A stretch of 62,413 nucleotides of DNA from Bacteroidales bacterium (GTDB lineage: Bacteria; Bacteroidota; Bacteroidia; Bacteroidales; JAUNSR01): assembly GCA_036655755.1 (NCBI GenBank), contig JAVVPN010000006.1, positions 1 to 62,413 of the forward strand. Direction: 5' to 3'. Below are positions 28,514 through 37,498 of the stretch, piece by piece (position 1 is the stretch's first letter; each line of letters begins with the position of its first letter). The position numbers and the translations under genes were made by a program. The notes beneath the pieces were generated by a model. That model had not been told where the DNA came from, ran no database searches, and saw only the letters and a list, made by a program, of their open reading frames with translations.

Positions 28514-30736
28514 TTAATCTTTTTTCGGAAGCGACCATCGAACTCCTACATAGAATTTAGCTCCATGCATCGGTCCCCATACCATAGATGCATCAAAGCG
28601 GGAATCTTCACCCCATGGATTGGCTGCATCAATAATCGGATTCTTCTGTTTATAGCCGGTCAGGTTTTCACCCCCTACATAAATTGACCATGTTCGGAAA
28701 TATTTCGTAATCTGCGCATTCAAAGAAACATAGGAAGGGAATGTTGATGCCCAAAGCGCATCCGGCCCCGGATCCGGCATTCGGCCTTTACCGTTAAACT
28801 GACTGGTTACATCGAACTGCCATTTTTTCAAACGGGTCTGATAAGATGCCGTAATTAAACCTTTATAACGATTGGTAAGCGGCTTTTCGCGCAATACACC
28901 ATCATAGGTGGTTTTAGCATCGGTCCAGCGAAATGCACTTGTAAGCGTAAAACCACGGAAAAAAGGATAACTTACTTCTACTTGTGCATTCTGAGCATAA
29001 GAGCGTCCGTCCAGATTAGAAAAAGTTACCTGACGCGGATTTTCCAAGTTAGCTACTACCTGTTTCTGGAAATCGGTATAATACCACTCCATCATTAAAG
29101 ATAATGATTTATTGAATACCGGAATCGTAAAATGGGCGCTTGCCCCGTAATTCCAGGCTGATTCAAAGGGATCAAGATCGGATGCGAATACCATTTTGCG
29201 GCTACTTGCCAATAAATAGCTATTTTCAACCAATACATTGGCCGTACGGAATCCGCGTCCTACTGAAGCCCGCAAATTAAGCAATTCGCCAAATGGGGTG
29301 TATTTTACATGCAAACGCGGGGTAACAAACATGCCATGCTCTGTGTGAGCATCTGCGCGAATACCGGTCAAGAGTGTAAACTTTTCACTCGGGGTGAAGG
29401 TATATTGAGCATACACGCCTCCCACCGTTTCATAACGACGTAATTTCAGGTGATCAAGGCCCTCTGTTCGCGCATTGTTAAGTTTTTCATTATAATGATC
29501 ATAAACGACACTGGCTCCTGTACTGATTTTATGAACCGGAGTGAACTCTGTTTCAAATATCAGATTCGCATATACGTTTTTCTGATTTACATCATAGGTA
29601 GTATTTCCGAAATAAGAATCCTGATTATGATATGACCCAGACAATAGCAATGCTATGCTCGTATTTGATTCATGATTGAGGATATACCCGTTTTTCGTAT
29701 AAAACATTCCACGGTTAGTAGTGATGTCAATCTTATACGGATGTTCGATATGCTTGTCGTGTTTTGCAATCTGACCGCTTTCACGCTTTTCATGCAATAC
29801 ATTTGCAACTGCCTGAAAAATATAATTTCCTTTTTTATAATACCAGCGGTTCAATCCATTGAATTGTTCCGTCTTTGGCAAATCAAGAAATCCGTCATCA
29901 TTACTATCATGCTCGCCCAATTCGCGCGAATAGTGCAATAAAAGACCAGTAGAAAGATGTTCGTTTAGTTTTATATTGCCATCAACGTTGGTTTCGATTC
30001 GGCCGGCATCAGATGCAAACAGGTTTACAGATAGCGGATCTGATGTCTGAGGCTTCTTATACTCAATGTTGATTTGTCCGGTTAAAGCTTCATAGCCGTT
30101 TTTAACGGAAGAGGTCCCTTTCGAAACCTGAATACTTTCCATCCACGGACCAGGCACATAACTCAACCCATAGGGCGAAGCGGCTCCCTGCAAATTGGGC
30201 AGCTGTTCGGTAAGCATCTGAACGTATGTGCCTGCCAACCCCAATAATTTGATTTGCCGCGCCCCGGTGGCAGCATCACTATAAGAAACATCTACCGATG
30301 CATTCGTTTCGAAACTTTCTGCCAGATTACAACAGGCAGCCCGGCATAATTCATCATACGTAATCTTCTGAGTCTGCAGAGGTTCGATGCGCGAAGTGAT
30401 TGTACCGGCTTTACGCTGACTTACCACCACTTCACCCAACCGCACTTCTCCCCCCAATACCGCTTTTACCGGACGATTTGGATTCGTAACAACGAGCGTA
30501 TCGGTGGTATATCCGATAAAGCTGATTAGCAAACGATCGGTATTTGTAACAGATGGAATTTCAAAATTACCTTTTTCATCGGTAGTAGCGCCGACGGTAG
30601 TGCCTAGCCACCAAACATTTGCACCAGGAACCGGCTGCTTATTCGTATCCGTCACACTACCCTTTACAGGTGTATTTGCCATTGCGGCCATTGAACTTGC
30701 ACTTAGGCAAGCGAGTAAACATATTTGCTTAAACAT
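28514..30736 (-). CDS. TonB-dependent receptor, probable heavy-metal transporter
   Basis: Signal peptide, CarboxypepD_reg-like N-domain, plug with LCRAACCNLAESFETN, beta-barrel ending FYVGVRW. Confidence 0.92.
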   Translation of the reverse strand: MFKQICLLACLSASSMAAMANTPVKGSVTDTNKQPVPGANVWWLGTTVGATTDEKGNFEIPSVTNTDRLLISFIGYTTDTLVVTNPNRPVKAVLGGEVRLGEVVVSQRKAGTITSRIEPLQTQKITYDELCRAACCNLAESFETNASVDVSYSDAATGARQIKLLGLAGTYVQMLTEQLPNLQGAASPYGLSYVPGPWMESIQVSKGTSSVKNGYEALTGQINIEYKKPQTSDPLSVNLFASDAGRIETNVDGNIKLNEHLSTGLLLHYSRELGEHDSNDDGFLDLPKTEQFNGLNRWYYKKGNYIFQAVANVLHEKRESGQIAKHDKHIEHPYKIDITTNRGMFYTKNGYILNHESNTSIALLLSGSYHNQDSYFGNTTYDVNQKNVYANLIFETEFTPVHKISTGASVVYDHYNEKLNNARTEGLDHLKLRRYETVGGVYAQYTFTPSEKFTLLTGIRADAHTEHGMFVTPRLHVKYTPFGELLNLRASVGRGFRTANVLVENSYLLASSRKMVFASDLDPFESAWNYGASAHFTIPVFNKSLSLMMEWYYTDFQKQVVANLENPRQVTFSNLDGRSYAQNAQVEVSYPFFRGFTLTSAFRWTDAKTTYDGVLREKPLTNRYKGLITASYQTRLKKWQFDVTSQFNGKGRMPDPGPDALWASTFPSYVSLNAQITKYFRTWSIYVGGENLTGYKQKNPIIDAANPWGEDSRFDASMVWGPMHGAKFYVGVRWSLPKKD

Positions 30737-30874
30737 TTTCTTTTATCTAAAATTCAGCAAAGGAGAATGTGTCCAATATCATTGTATATTGTTTGACACA
30801 CCCTTTCGGAATTAACACACAAAATGATGGTTCATGCACCTAACATGAACTATCTTGGAGATAAAAAAAATGCT

Positions 30875-31381
30875 TTAAATCAGATAAACGGAGTATAAAG
30901 CCAGCTTATACCGGCCCGCTTCTTTAGGAATCGTAAATTGATATTTATCGGTCAAAGGGATTATGACCGGTTGAGGTTCGAAGTTGAATACCTGTATTTC
31001 AAAAGGTATGAATGAAAGGAATTGATGATAAAAATTATCTTGTTTTTGCTCAGGGCGTAATTGTAGGAAATCCGCACTCAGGCAATTATCATCATGATGA
31101 TGATTATGAAATCCGGGAGCAGTATGATCCTTACAATAATCATTTTCATGTACATGCCCCGCACAACATCCCTCCTTTGCCACTTCCGTTACTGAAGGAC
31201 AATGATGGTGTGATTCATAAATGGTTTCACAGTTTTCTTCCGCACAAAGCAAATCCATTTCCGATAGCATCAGAAGAATTTCCGAGCTACCGCAACAGTG
31301 CTGAATTTTACTTATCCCCATGGTTTCTACCAGAATAAGACTCAGCATAAAAACGGATATGATTTTCAAAAACTGTTTCAC
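30875..31381 (-). CDS. His/Cys-rich exported hypothetical protein heading the metal cluster
   Basis: GTG start 4 nt after the TATTTTTG box (31393-31386). N-terminal hydrophobic segment, then HCC, HHHC, CC..HVH, HNHHHDDNC; ends YKLALYSVYLI. Confidence 0.75.
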   Translation of the reverse strand: MKQFLKIISVFMLSLILVETMGISKIQHCCGSSEILLMLSEMDLLCAEENCETIYESHHHCPSVTEVAKEGCCAGHVHENDYCKDHTAPGFHNHHHDDNCLSADFLQLRPEQKQDNFYHQFLSFIPFEIQVFNFEPQPVIIPLTDKYQFTIPKEAGRYKLALYSVYLI

Positions 31382-31637
31382 ATCCCAAAAATAGCAATTA
31401 TTTGATAAATAAAAGCATTATTTCAGCTGATTTAAACATGTATATATCCTTCTGCAACAGAAACAGCGTCATTGATATTCATAGGACGGTAAAAACAGCC
31501 TTTAAGATACTTTGAAGGAGAAAAGCGTTTTCAAAAAAATGATAGTATATTTGTATTAATAAATATTACAGGAAATAGCGATTCCGGAATCGCTGTTTCG
31601 CGCAAAGAATTTTTATTATTAACCAAATACTTACTTT

Positions 31638-32492
31638 ATGAAACTTAATGTTGGTTTAGTTTCGATCTTAATGTTGCTCTCGCTTACATTGGCAGGATGT
31701 AAAAAAGAAACAAAATTGGTTGAAAATGACCTTCAGTTTACGGAATTTAAACTGGATAGTGTTTGTCATTTATTCAATGATACAGCAAAACCAAAATGTG
31801 ATTTCCAGATGACCATGCAATATCCTTCGGGATCGAAGGATCAGGAATTACTTAAATCCGTACAAAAAATCTTTATCGGAAGCTATCTGGGTGCACAATA
31901 TGCTTCCGAACAACCCCAAGCAGCTGCACGTTCTTATATGAAAGCTTACGTGGAGGATTATTTACAATTGGAAAAAGACGCCTCTATGTTCAATAACGCA
32001 GAAGAGGAAGGTTGGGGATTAGCCTCGTTCAACTATCAGGAAATTTCATCCAGCAAAGTGACGTTTAATGCAGGTGGCTTTGTAAGCTATGCAATAAGCA
32101 TGTACTCTTTTACTGGAGGTGCGCATGGAATGAATGGCACGAACAATCATGTTATAAACCTTGCTACTAAAAGTTTACTTACATTGGCGGATTTGTTCCC
32201 GGAAAATGTATTGCCCGAAGTAGGTTCGTTAATTATTAATCAAATCGCGCGCGACCGGAATTTCTCCGATCCTGCCCAACTGAATGAAGATGGCTTTTTC
32301 AGTATTGAAGACGTAGTGCCTACCGATAATTTCAGAATCGACGAAAAAGGAATTACCTGGGTATATAATCCCTATGAAATTGCGGTGTATGCTACCGGAC
32401 AAGTAGCTGTAACCCTTGATTGGGCGATAGTGAAACCTTATCTTCTGGAAGACGCGGTAGTCATGAATTTGGTAGAACTGACAGAAAAATAA
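31638..32492 (+). CDS. DUF3298/DUF4163 (RsiV-like) lipoprotein
   Basis: Lipobox LAGC; YSFTGGAHG, NF.IDEKGI..YNPYEIAVYA.G. TATATTTG box at 31546-31553. Confidence 0.87.
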   Translation: MKLNVGLVSILMLLSLTLAGCKKETKLVENDLQFTEFKLDSVCHLFNDTAKPKCDFQMTMQYPSGSKDQELLKSVQKIFIGSYLGAQYASEQPQAAARSYMKAYVEDYLQLEKDASMFNNAEEEGWGLASFNYQEISSSKVTFNAGGFVSYAISMYSFTGGAHGMNGTNNHVINLATKSLLTLADLFPENVLPEVGSLIINQIARDRNFSDPAQLNEDGFFSIEDVVPTDNFRIDEKGITWVYNPYEIAVYATGQVAVTLDWAIVKPYLLEDAVVMNLVELTEK

Positions 32493-32516
32493 AACCAACA
32501 ATTATCATTATATAAA

Positions 32517-33143
32517 ATGCAATTAATCGAGAAATATTTCCCGAATCTGACGGATGAGCAGAAAAAACAGTTTGATGCTTTATTTGAATTATACAGCGAC
32601 TGGAATGCCAAAATCAATGTCATTTCAAGAAAAGATATCGAAAATCTGTACTTACACCATGTATTGCACTCATTGGGTATCGCCAAAGTAATTCAATTCA
32701 AACCCGGCACTACTCTTATGGATGTAGGAACGGGAGGTGGATTCCCGGGGATTCCGTTGGCAATCTTGTTTCCGGAATGTCATTTCCATTTGGTAGACCG
32801 TATCGGAAAGAAAGTACGGGTTGCTCAAGAAGTGGCTCAGGCTATCGGGTTGCAGAATGTAACTTTCCGTCATTGTGGTGTGGAAGAAGAAAAAACGAAA
32901 TTCGATTTTATCGTAAGCCGTGCAGTAATGCCTTTGGGCGATCTGGTTAAGTTGGTTCGTAAAAATGTAAGCAAAGAACAACGTAACGGACTGCCGAACG
33001 GATTGATCTGCTTAAAGGGTGGAGAACTTCAGCATGAGATTCAACCTTATAAAAATACAGCCGTGCTGTATGATCTGAATGATTATTTTTCGGAAGACTT
33101 TTTTGATACTAAAAAGGCGGTGTTCGTTCAAATAAACGGATAA
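32517..33143 (+). CDS. rsmG: 16S rRNA m7G527 methyltransferase
   Basis: WNAKINVISRKD, HVLHSL, DVGTGGGFPGIPLAI, VSRAV and LKGG. Confidence 0.96.
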   Translation: MQLIEKYFPNLTDEQKKQFDALFELYSDWNAKINVISRKDIENLYLHHVLHSLGIAKVIQFKPGTTLMDVGTGGGFPGIPLAILFPECHFHLVDRIGKKVRVAQEVAQAIGLQNVTFRHCGVEEEKTKFDFIVSRAVMPLGDLVKLVRKNVSKEQRNGLPNGLICLKGGELQHEIQPYKNTAVLYDLNDYFSEDFFDTKKAVFVQING

Positions 33144-33145
33144 TT

Positions 33146-33784
33146 ATGGAAATCAAAAAATTTCAGTTTAATCCCTTCCCCGTAAACACCTATGTGGTGT
33201 GGGATAACGCTTCGAAAGAGTGTGCTATCATTGATCCGGGATGTTATTGGCAAGAAGAGCTCGACGAACTCCAGCAGTTTATAGCCGCGAATGGATTGTC
33301 TGTAAAATACATTCTGTTAACGCATCTTCATTTAGACCACGCGCTGGCTGTGCCGGCAGTGAAAAAACTATACGGAGCGCCTTTTATGGCAAATAAGAAA
33401 GACGCTTTCTTGCTGCAAAATGCAAAACAACAGGCGGCTTCTTATGGATTACGCTTGCAAGATGAGCCTATTGAAATCGACGGAGATATTCAGGAGGGCG
33501 ATATCTTCCATTTGGGTAACGAAGAGATTGAAGTGCTCGAAGTGCCAGGCCATTCGCCGGGTAGTGTTGTTTTTTATCTTCCACAAGATAAAAAAATGAT
33601 TGTAGGGGATGTTTTATTTCGCCAAAGTATCGGACGGACCGATTTGCCGGGTGGCAACCATCAGACATTGCTTGACGGAATTCAGAAAAAACTGTTCACT
33701 CTACCGTTGGACACGGTGGTTTATTCAGGACATGGACCGGAAACTTCTATTGGTTATGAAAAAGACTTCAATCCTTTTTTCTAA
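33146..33784 (+). CDS. MBL-fold metallo-hydrolase (glyoxalase II/YcbL-like)
   Basis: THLHLDH, PGHSPG, GDVLF..SIGRTD and SGHG. Confidence 0.92.
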   Translation: MEIKKFQFNPFPVNTYVVWDNASKECAIIDPGCYWQEELDELQQFIAANGLSVKYILLTHLHLDHALAVPAVKKLYGAPFMANKKDAFLLQNAKQQAASYGLRLQDEPIEIDGDIQEGDIFHLGNEEIEVLEVPGHSPGSVVFYLPQDKKMIVGDVLFRQSIGRTDLPGGNHQTLLDGIQKKLFTLPLDTVVYSGHGPETSIGYEKDFNPFF

Positions 33785-33895
33785 GAAACTATTCTTAAAC
33801 ATAATCTGATTCATCAAGGTTATCTGCAGGATTTTTATATTTGCTAATATAAGAATCCGACAGATAGCCTTTCTTTTTAATCTAATACATATATC

Positions 33896-36742
33896 ATGAA
33901 GACAGAGTACCTTGCGCCGCGTCATATCGGCATTACAGACCAGGACCTTCCTGAAATGTTGAAACACATCGGTGTTTCTTCGCTTAACGAACTCATACAC
34001 CAAACCATTCCTGAACAAATTCTGCTAAAAAAACCATTACACCTTCCGATACCGCTTTCGGAACGGGAATATCAGGAACATATTGCCGATTTGGCCGCCG
34101 AAAATAAATTGTACACCTCTTATATCGGCCAAGGATGGTATGATTGCCTTACTCCGGGTGTCATTTTACGAAATGTATTTGAAAATCCGGTATGGTACAC
34201 TTCTTATACGCCCTATCAGGCGGAAATTTCACAGGGGAGACTGGAAGCACTCATGAATTTTCAGACTATGGTGTGTGAATTGACCGCTATGGAACTTGCA
34301 AATTGCTCTTTACTCGACGAATCAACAGCCGGTGCGGAAGCTGCAACCATGATGTATAATCTGAGAAGTCGCGAGCAAATAAAGAATAATGCAAACAAAC
34401 TCTTTATTGACATCCATCTGTTTGAACAAACAAAAGCGGTGATTCATACACGGGCCCTGCCGCAAGGAATAGAAATTGTTACCGGCGATTTTGAATCGTT
34501 TGTTTTTACACCTGATATTTTTGGTGCAATCATACAGTACCCGAATAACAATGGAGAGGTAAAAGAGTATAAGTCATTTGTAGAGAAAGCCCATTTGGCA
34601 GAAGCAAAAGTGGCGGTGGCGGCTGATATTCTAAGTCTGGCTCTGTTAACTCCACCGGGAGAATGGGATGCGGATATCTGCTTCGGAAGCACGCAACGAT
34701 TGGGTATTCCGATGTTTTACGGTGGCCCGTCGGCAGCTTTCTTTGCTACCCGTGAATCTTATAAACGGAATATGCCGGGACGTATTATCGGCTTTTCGAA
34801 AGATACGTACGGAAAAGAGGCTTTACGCATGGCACTCCAGACCCGCGAGCAACATATAAAACGAGAAAAGGCTACTTCTAATATTTGTACGGCACAGGCT
34901 CTTTTGGCTACGATGGCCTCCTTTTACGGAGTATATATGGGTCCGGATGGATTAAAATCGATAGCATCACGCATTCATCGGTTAGCTTGTTCGCTTGCTA
35001 CCGAATTAGAAAAACAAGGATACAGACAACTGAATAATGCGTTTTTTGATACATTACACATCGCAACTCGTGGAGATTCGAATGAGGAAGTGCGCAAATT
35101 GATGGAGTCTAACCGGATTAATTTATATTATGCTCCGGATGGTAGTTTACAAATCAGTTTGGATGAAACCACGACTCAAGAGGATATCAATCTGCTGATT
35201 CAGTTGTTTGCCAAAGCAGCAAACTGCAGTATTTATTCGGACGAAACTTCGCTTGCAGAAGAGGTGCTCACGGAAGAGATGACGCGCAAATCTGCTTTCA
35301 TGCAACAACCGGTATTTAACGATTATCATACCGAAACCGAATTAATGCGTTATATCAAACGATTGGAACGAAAAGACATATCCTTGGCTCATTCTATGAT
35401 CCCGCTGGGCTCATGTACAATGAAGCTGAATGCAGCTGCCGAATTAATTCCACTTAATGATTTGCGTTGGGGCGGCATACATCCGATGGCACCTGCTGAT
35501 CAGGCAGCCGGCTATCAGCATCTTATTTTCAATTTAGGTAAATATCTACAAGAGATTACCGGCATGGATCATGTCAGTTTCCAGCCAAATTCGGGTGCAG
35601 GTGGTGAATATGCAGGCTTACGCACGATAAGAAGCTATCAGGAAAGTATCGGTGAAGGTGATCGGAATATCGTATTGATACCAGCTTCAGCACATGGCAC
35701 GAATCCCGCTTCGGCAGCACAATGCGGATATGATATCGTTGTGGTTAATTGTGATGCTCAGGGCAATGTAGATATGGACGACTTGAAAATAAAAGCAGAG
35801 CAATATAGCAGTCAATTAGTAGCCTTAATGATTACCTATCCTTCTACGCACGGGATTTTTGAGAAGGAGATCATCGCTTGTTGTGATTTAATTCATGAGC
35901 ATGGAGGCCAGGTATATATGGATGGCGCTAATATGAATGCTCAGGTTGGATTGACAAGTCCGGGATTCATCGGAGCAGATGTTTGTCATCTTAATCTGCA
36001 TAAAACATTTGCAATTCCGCATGGCGGCGGCGGCCCGGGCGTAGGTCCGATTTGTGCAAAAGCACATTTGGGTGACTATCTGCCCCATCATCCGCTTAGC
36101 GACGGCTCGCGGCTTGATACAGTTTCGGCTGCTCCTTACGGAAGTGCCGGAGTATTGGAGATTACCTACGGCTATATCCGAATGATGGGAGCTGAAGGCT
36201 TGACGCAAGCCAGCCGGATAGCGATTCTGAATGCTAATTATCTGGCCTCATTATTAAAAGATACATATGGCATCGTTTATACCGGATTCGGAGGCCGTGT
36301 CGGACATGAACTGATATTAGAGTGCCGCACATTGAAAGAACGCTCCGGTATCGACGAAACAGACATATCGAAGCGGTTAATGGACTTCGGCTACCATGCT
36401 CCTACCCTTTCATTTCCTGTACATGGTACATTGATGATTGAGCCGACCGAAAGCGAAAGTAAAAAAGAGTTGGATCGCTTTACCGAAGTGATGTTAATGA
36501 TTTATCAAGAGATACAGGAAGTCATGGATGGGAAAGCCGATACAAAGGATAATGTATTGAAAAATGCACCACATCCACAATACGAGGTGTGTGCCGATCA
36601 ATGGCAACATAGTTATTCACGCCAGAAGGCAGCCTTTGCGTTGCCTTGGCTCGAAGAAAATAAATTCTGGATAAACGTTGCCCGGATTGATAATGCGGGA
36701 GGCGACCGGAATCTGGTAGCACGCATCTGCAATTGCATGTAA
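33896..36742 (+). CDS. gcvP: Glycine dehydrogenase (glycine cleavage P protein)
   Basis: YTPYQAEISQGRLE, TREQHIKREKATSNICTAQ, PLGSCTMK and HLNLHKTF (PLP Lys). TATATTTG box at 33836-33843. Confidence 0.97.
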   Translation: MKTEYLAPRHIGITDQDLPEMLKHIGVSSLNELIHQTIPEQILLKKPLHLPIPLSEREYQEHIADLAAENKLYTSYIGQGWYDCLTPGVILRNVFENPVWYTSYTPYQAEISQGRLEALMNFQTMVCELTAMELANCSLLDESTAGAEAATMMYNLRSREQIKNNANKLFIDIHLFEQTKAVIHTRALPQGIEIVTGDFESFVFTPDIFGAIIQYPNNNGEVKEYKSFVEKAHLAEAKVAVAADILSLALLTPPGEWDADICFGSTQRLGIPMFYGGPSAAFFATRESYKRNMPGRIIGFSKDTYGKEALRMALQTREQHIKREKATSNICTAQALLATMASFYGVYMGPDGLKSIASRIHRLACSLATELEKQGYRQLNNAFFDTLHIATRGDSNEEVRKLMESNRINLYYAPDGSLQISLDETTTQEDINLLIQLFAKAANCSIYSDETSLAEEVLTEEMTRKSAFMQQPVFNDYHTETELMRYIKRLERKDISLAHSMIPLGSCTMKLNAAAELIPLNDLRWGGIHPMAPADQAAGYQHLIFNLGKYLQEITGMDHVSFQPNSGAGGEYAGLRTIRSYQESIGEGDRNIVLIPASAHGTNPASAAQCGYDIVVVNCDAQGNVDMDDLKIKAEQYSSQLVALMITYPSTHGIFEKEIIACCDLIHEHGGQVYMDGANMNAQVGLTSPGFIGADVCHLNLHKTFAIPHGGGGPGVGPICAKAHLGDYLPHHPLSDGSRLDTVSAAPYGSAGVLEITYGYIRMMGAEGLTQASRIAILNANYLASLLKDTYGIVYTGFGGRVGHELILECRTLKERSGIDETDISKRLMDFGYHAPTLSFPVHGTLMIEPTESESKKELDRFTEVMLMIYQEIQEVMDGKADTKDNVLKNAPHPQYEVCADQWQHSYSRQKAAFALPWLEENKFWINVARIDNAGGDRNLVARICNCM

Positions 36743-36753
36743 TTGCAAAATAG

Positions 36754-36797
36754 AAAAGCGGGTTTTAATGAGTTGCGGCTCATTAAAACCCGCTTTT
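36754..36797. terminator. Bidirectional terminator
   Basis: Perfect 19-bp stem AAAAGCGGGTTTTAATGAG / CTCATTAAAACCCGCTTTT. Confidence 0.92.
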
Positions 36798-36802
36798 TGT
36801 TT

Positions 36803-37402
36803 TTATTCTTTAAACCGTAACGATTCAACTTTAGACAGACGCGCTTTCAATCGCTCTAATTCAGAAGTACGGATGCGCAATGTCATTTCGCAATCCATAT
36901 CGAAATATTGAGAAATAATAGTCGGGCCATCCTCTTTTACGATTCGCATTACCTGATTTAAATAAGGATATTCAAAAATGATATAGATATCTTCTTCTAC
37001 CAGACATTCTATAATGTTATTATTGCGGATTGCATCGGCTGCCGCTTCGCGATAGGCTACAATAAGACCACTCGTTCCCAACTTAACTCCTCCAAAATAG
37101 CGAATTACAACAATCAGGATATTGGTGAGTTCAAATGAATTAATCTGTCCCAAAATCGGCTTTCCGGCCGTTCCGGAAGGTTCGCCATTATCATTCGAAC
37201 GAAATTCCGTACGCTCATGCCCAATCATATATGCCCAGCACACATGGCGGGCGTCATAATATTTCTTTGCATAATACTCGATTTGCTCTTTTGCCTCTTC
37301 TACCGTAAGCACCGGAACAGCAAAAGCAATAAACTTGCTCATCTTTTCCTTATAGAGCCCTTCTGATAAATCGGAAATTGTTTTATATACGTCTTCTTGC
37401 AT
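36803..37402 (-). CDS. YigZ/IMPACT family protein
   Basis: SKFIA, ARHVCWAY, DNGEPSGTAGKP and RYFGGVKLGTSGL; likely start MQEDVY at 37402. Confidence 0.92.
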   Translation of the reverse strand: MQEDVYKTISDLSEGLYKEKMSKFIAFAVPVLTVEEAKEQIEYYAKKYYDARHVCWAYMIGHERTEFRSNDNGEPSGTAGKPILGQINSFELTNILIVVIRYFGGVKLGTSGLIVAYREAAADAIRNNNIIECLVEEDIYIIFEYPYLNQVMRIVKEDGPTIISQYFDMDCEMTLRIRTSELERLKARLSKVESLRFKE

Positions 37403-37434
37403 AAACTTCACATAATTCATCACAAAAATAAGAA

Positions 37435-37473
37435 ATCCCCGGCAGAAAGCAAGTATGCAATTCTACCGGGGAT
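37435..37473 (-). terminator. Terminator of the glycogen operon
   Basis: ATCCCCGG / CCGGGGAT stem with a T-rich tail on the minus strand. Confidence 0.75.
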
Positions 37474-37498
37474 CTATTTCATCTATAGATCGATATTA

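Noticed and set aside
30737-30874. Cobalamin or TPP riboswitch upstream of the TonB receptor
   Set aside because: No B12-box or TPP core sequence; only AT-rich hairpins.
33785-33895. Glycine riboswitch upstream of gcvP
   Set aside because: The leader after the -7 box is only about 50 nt and has no aptamer motifs.
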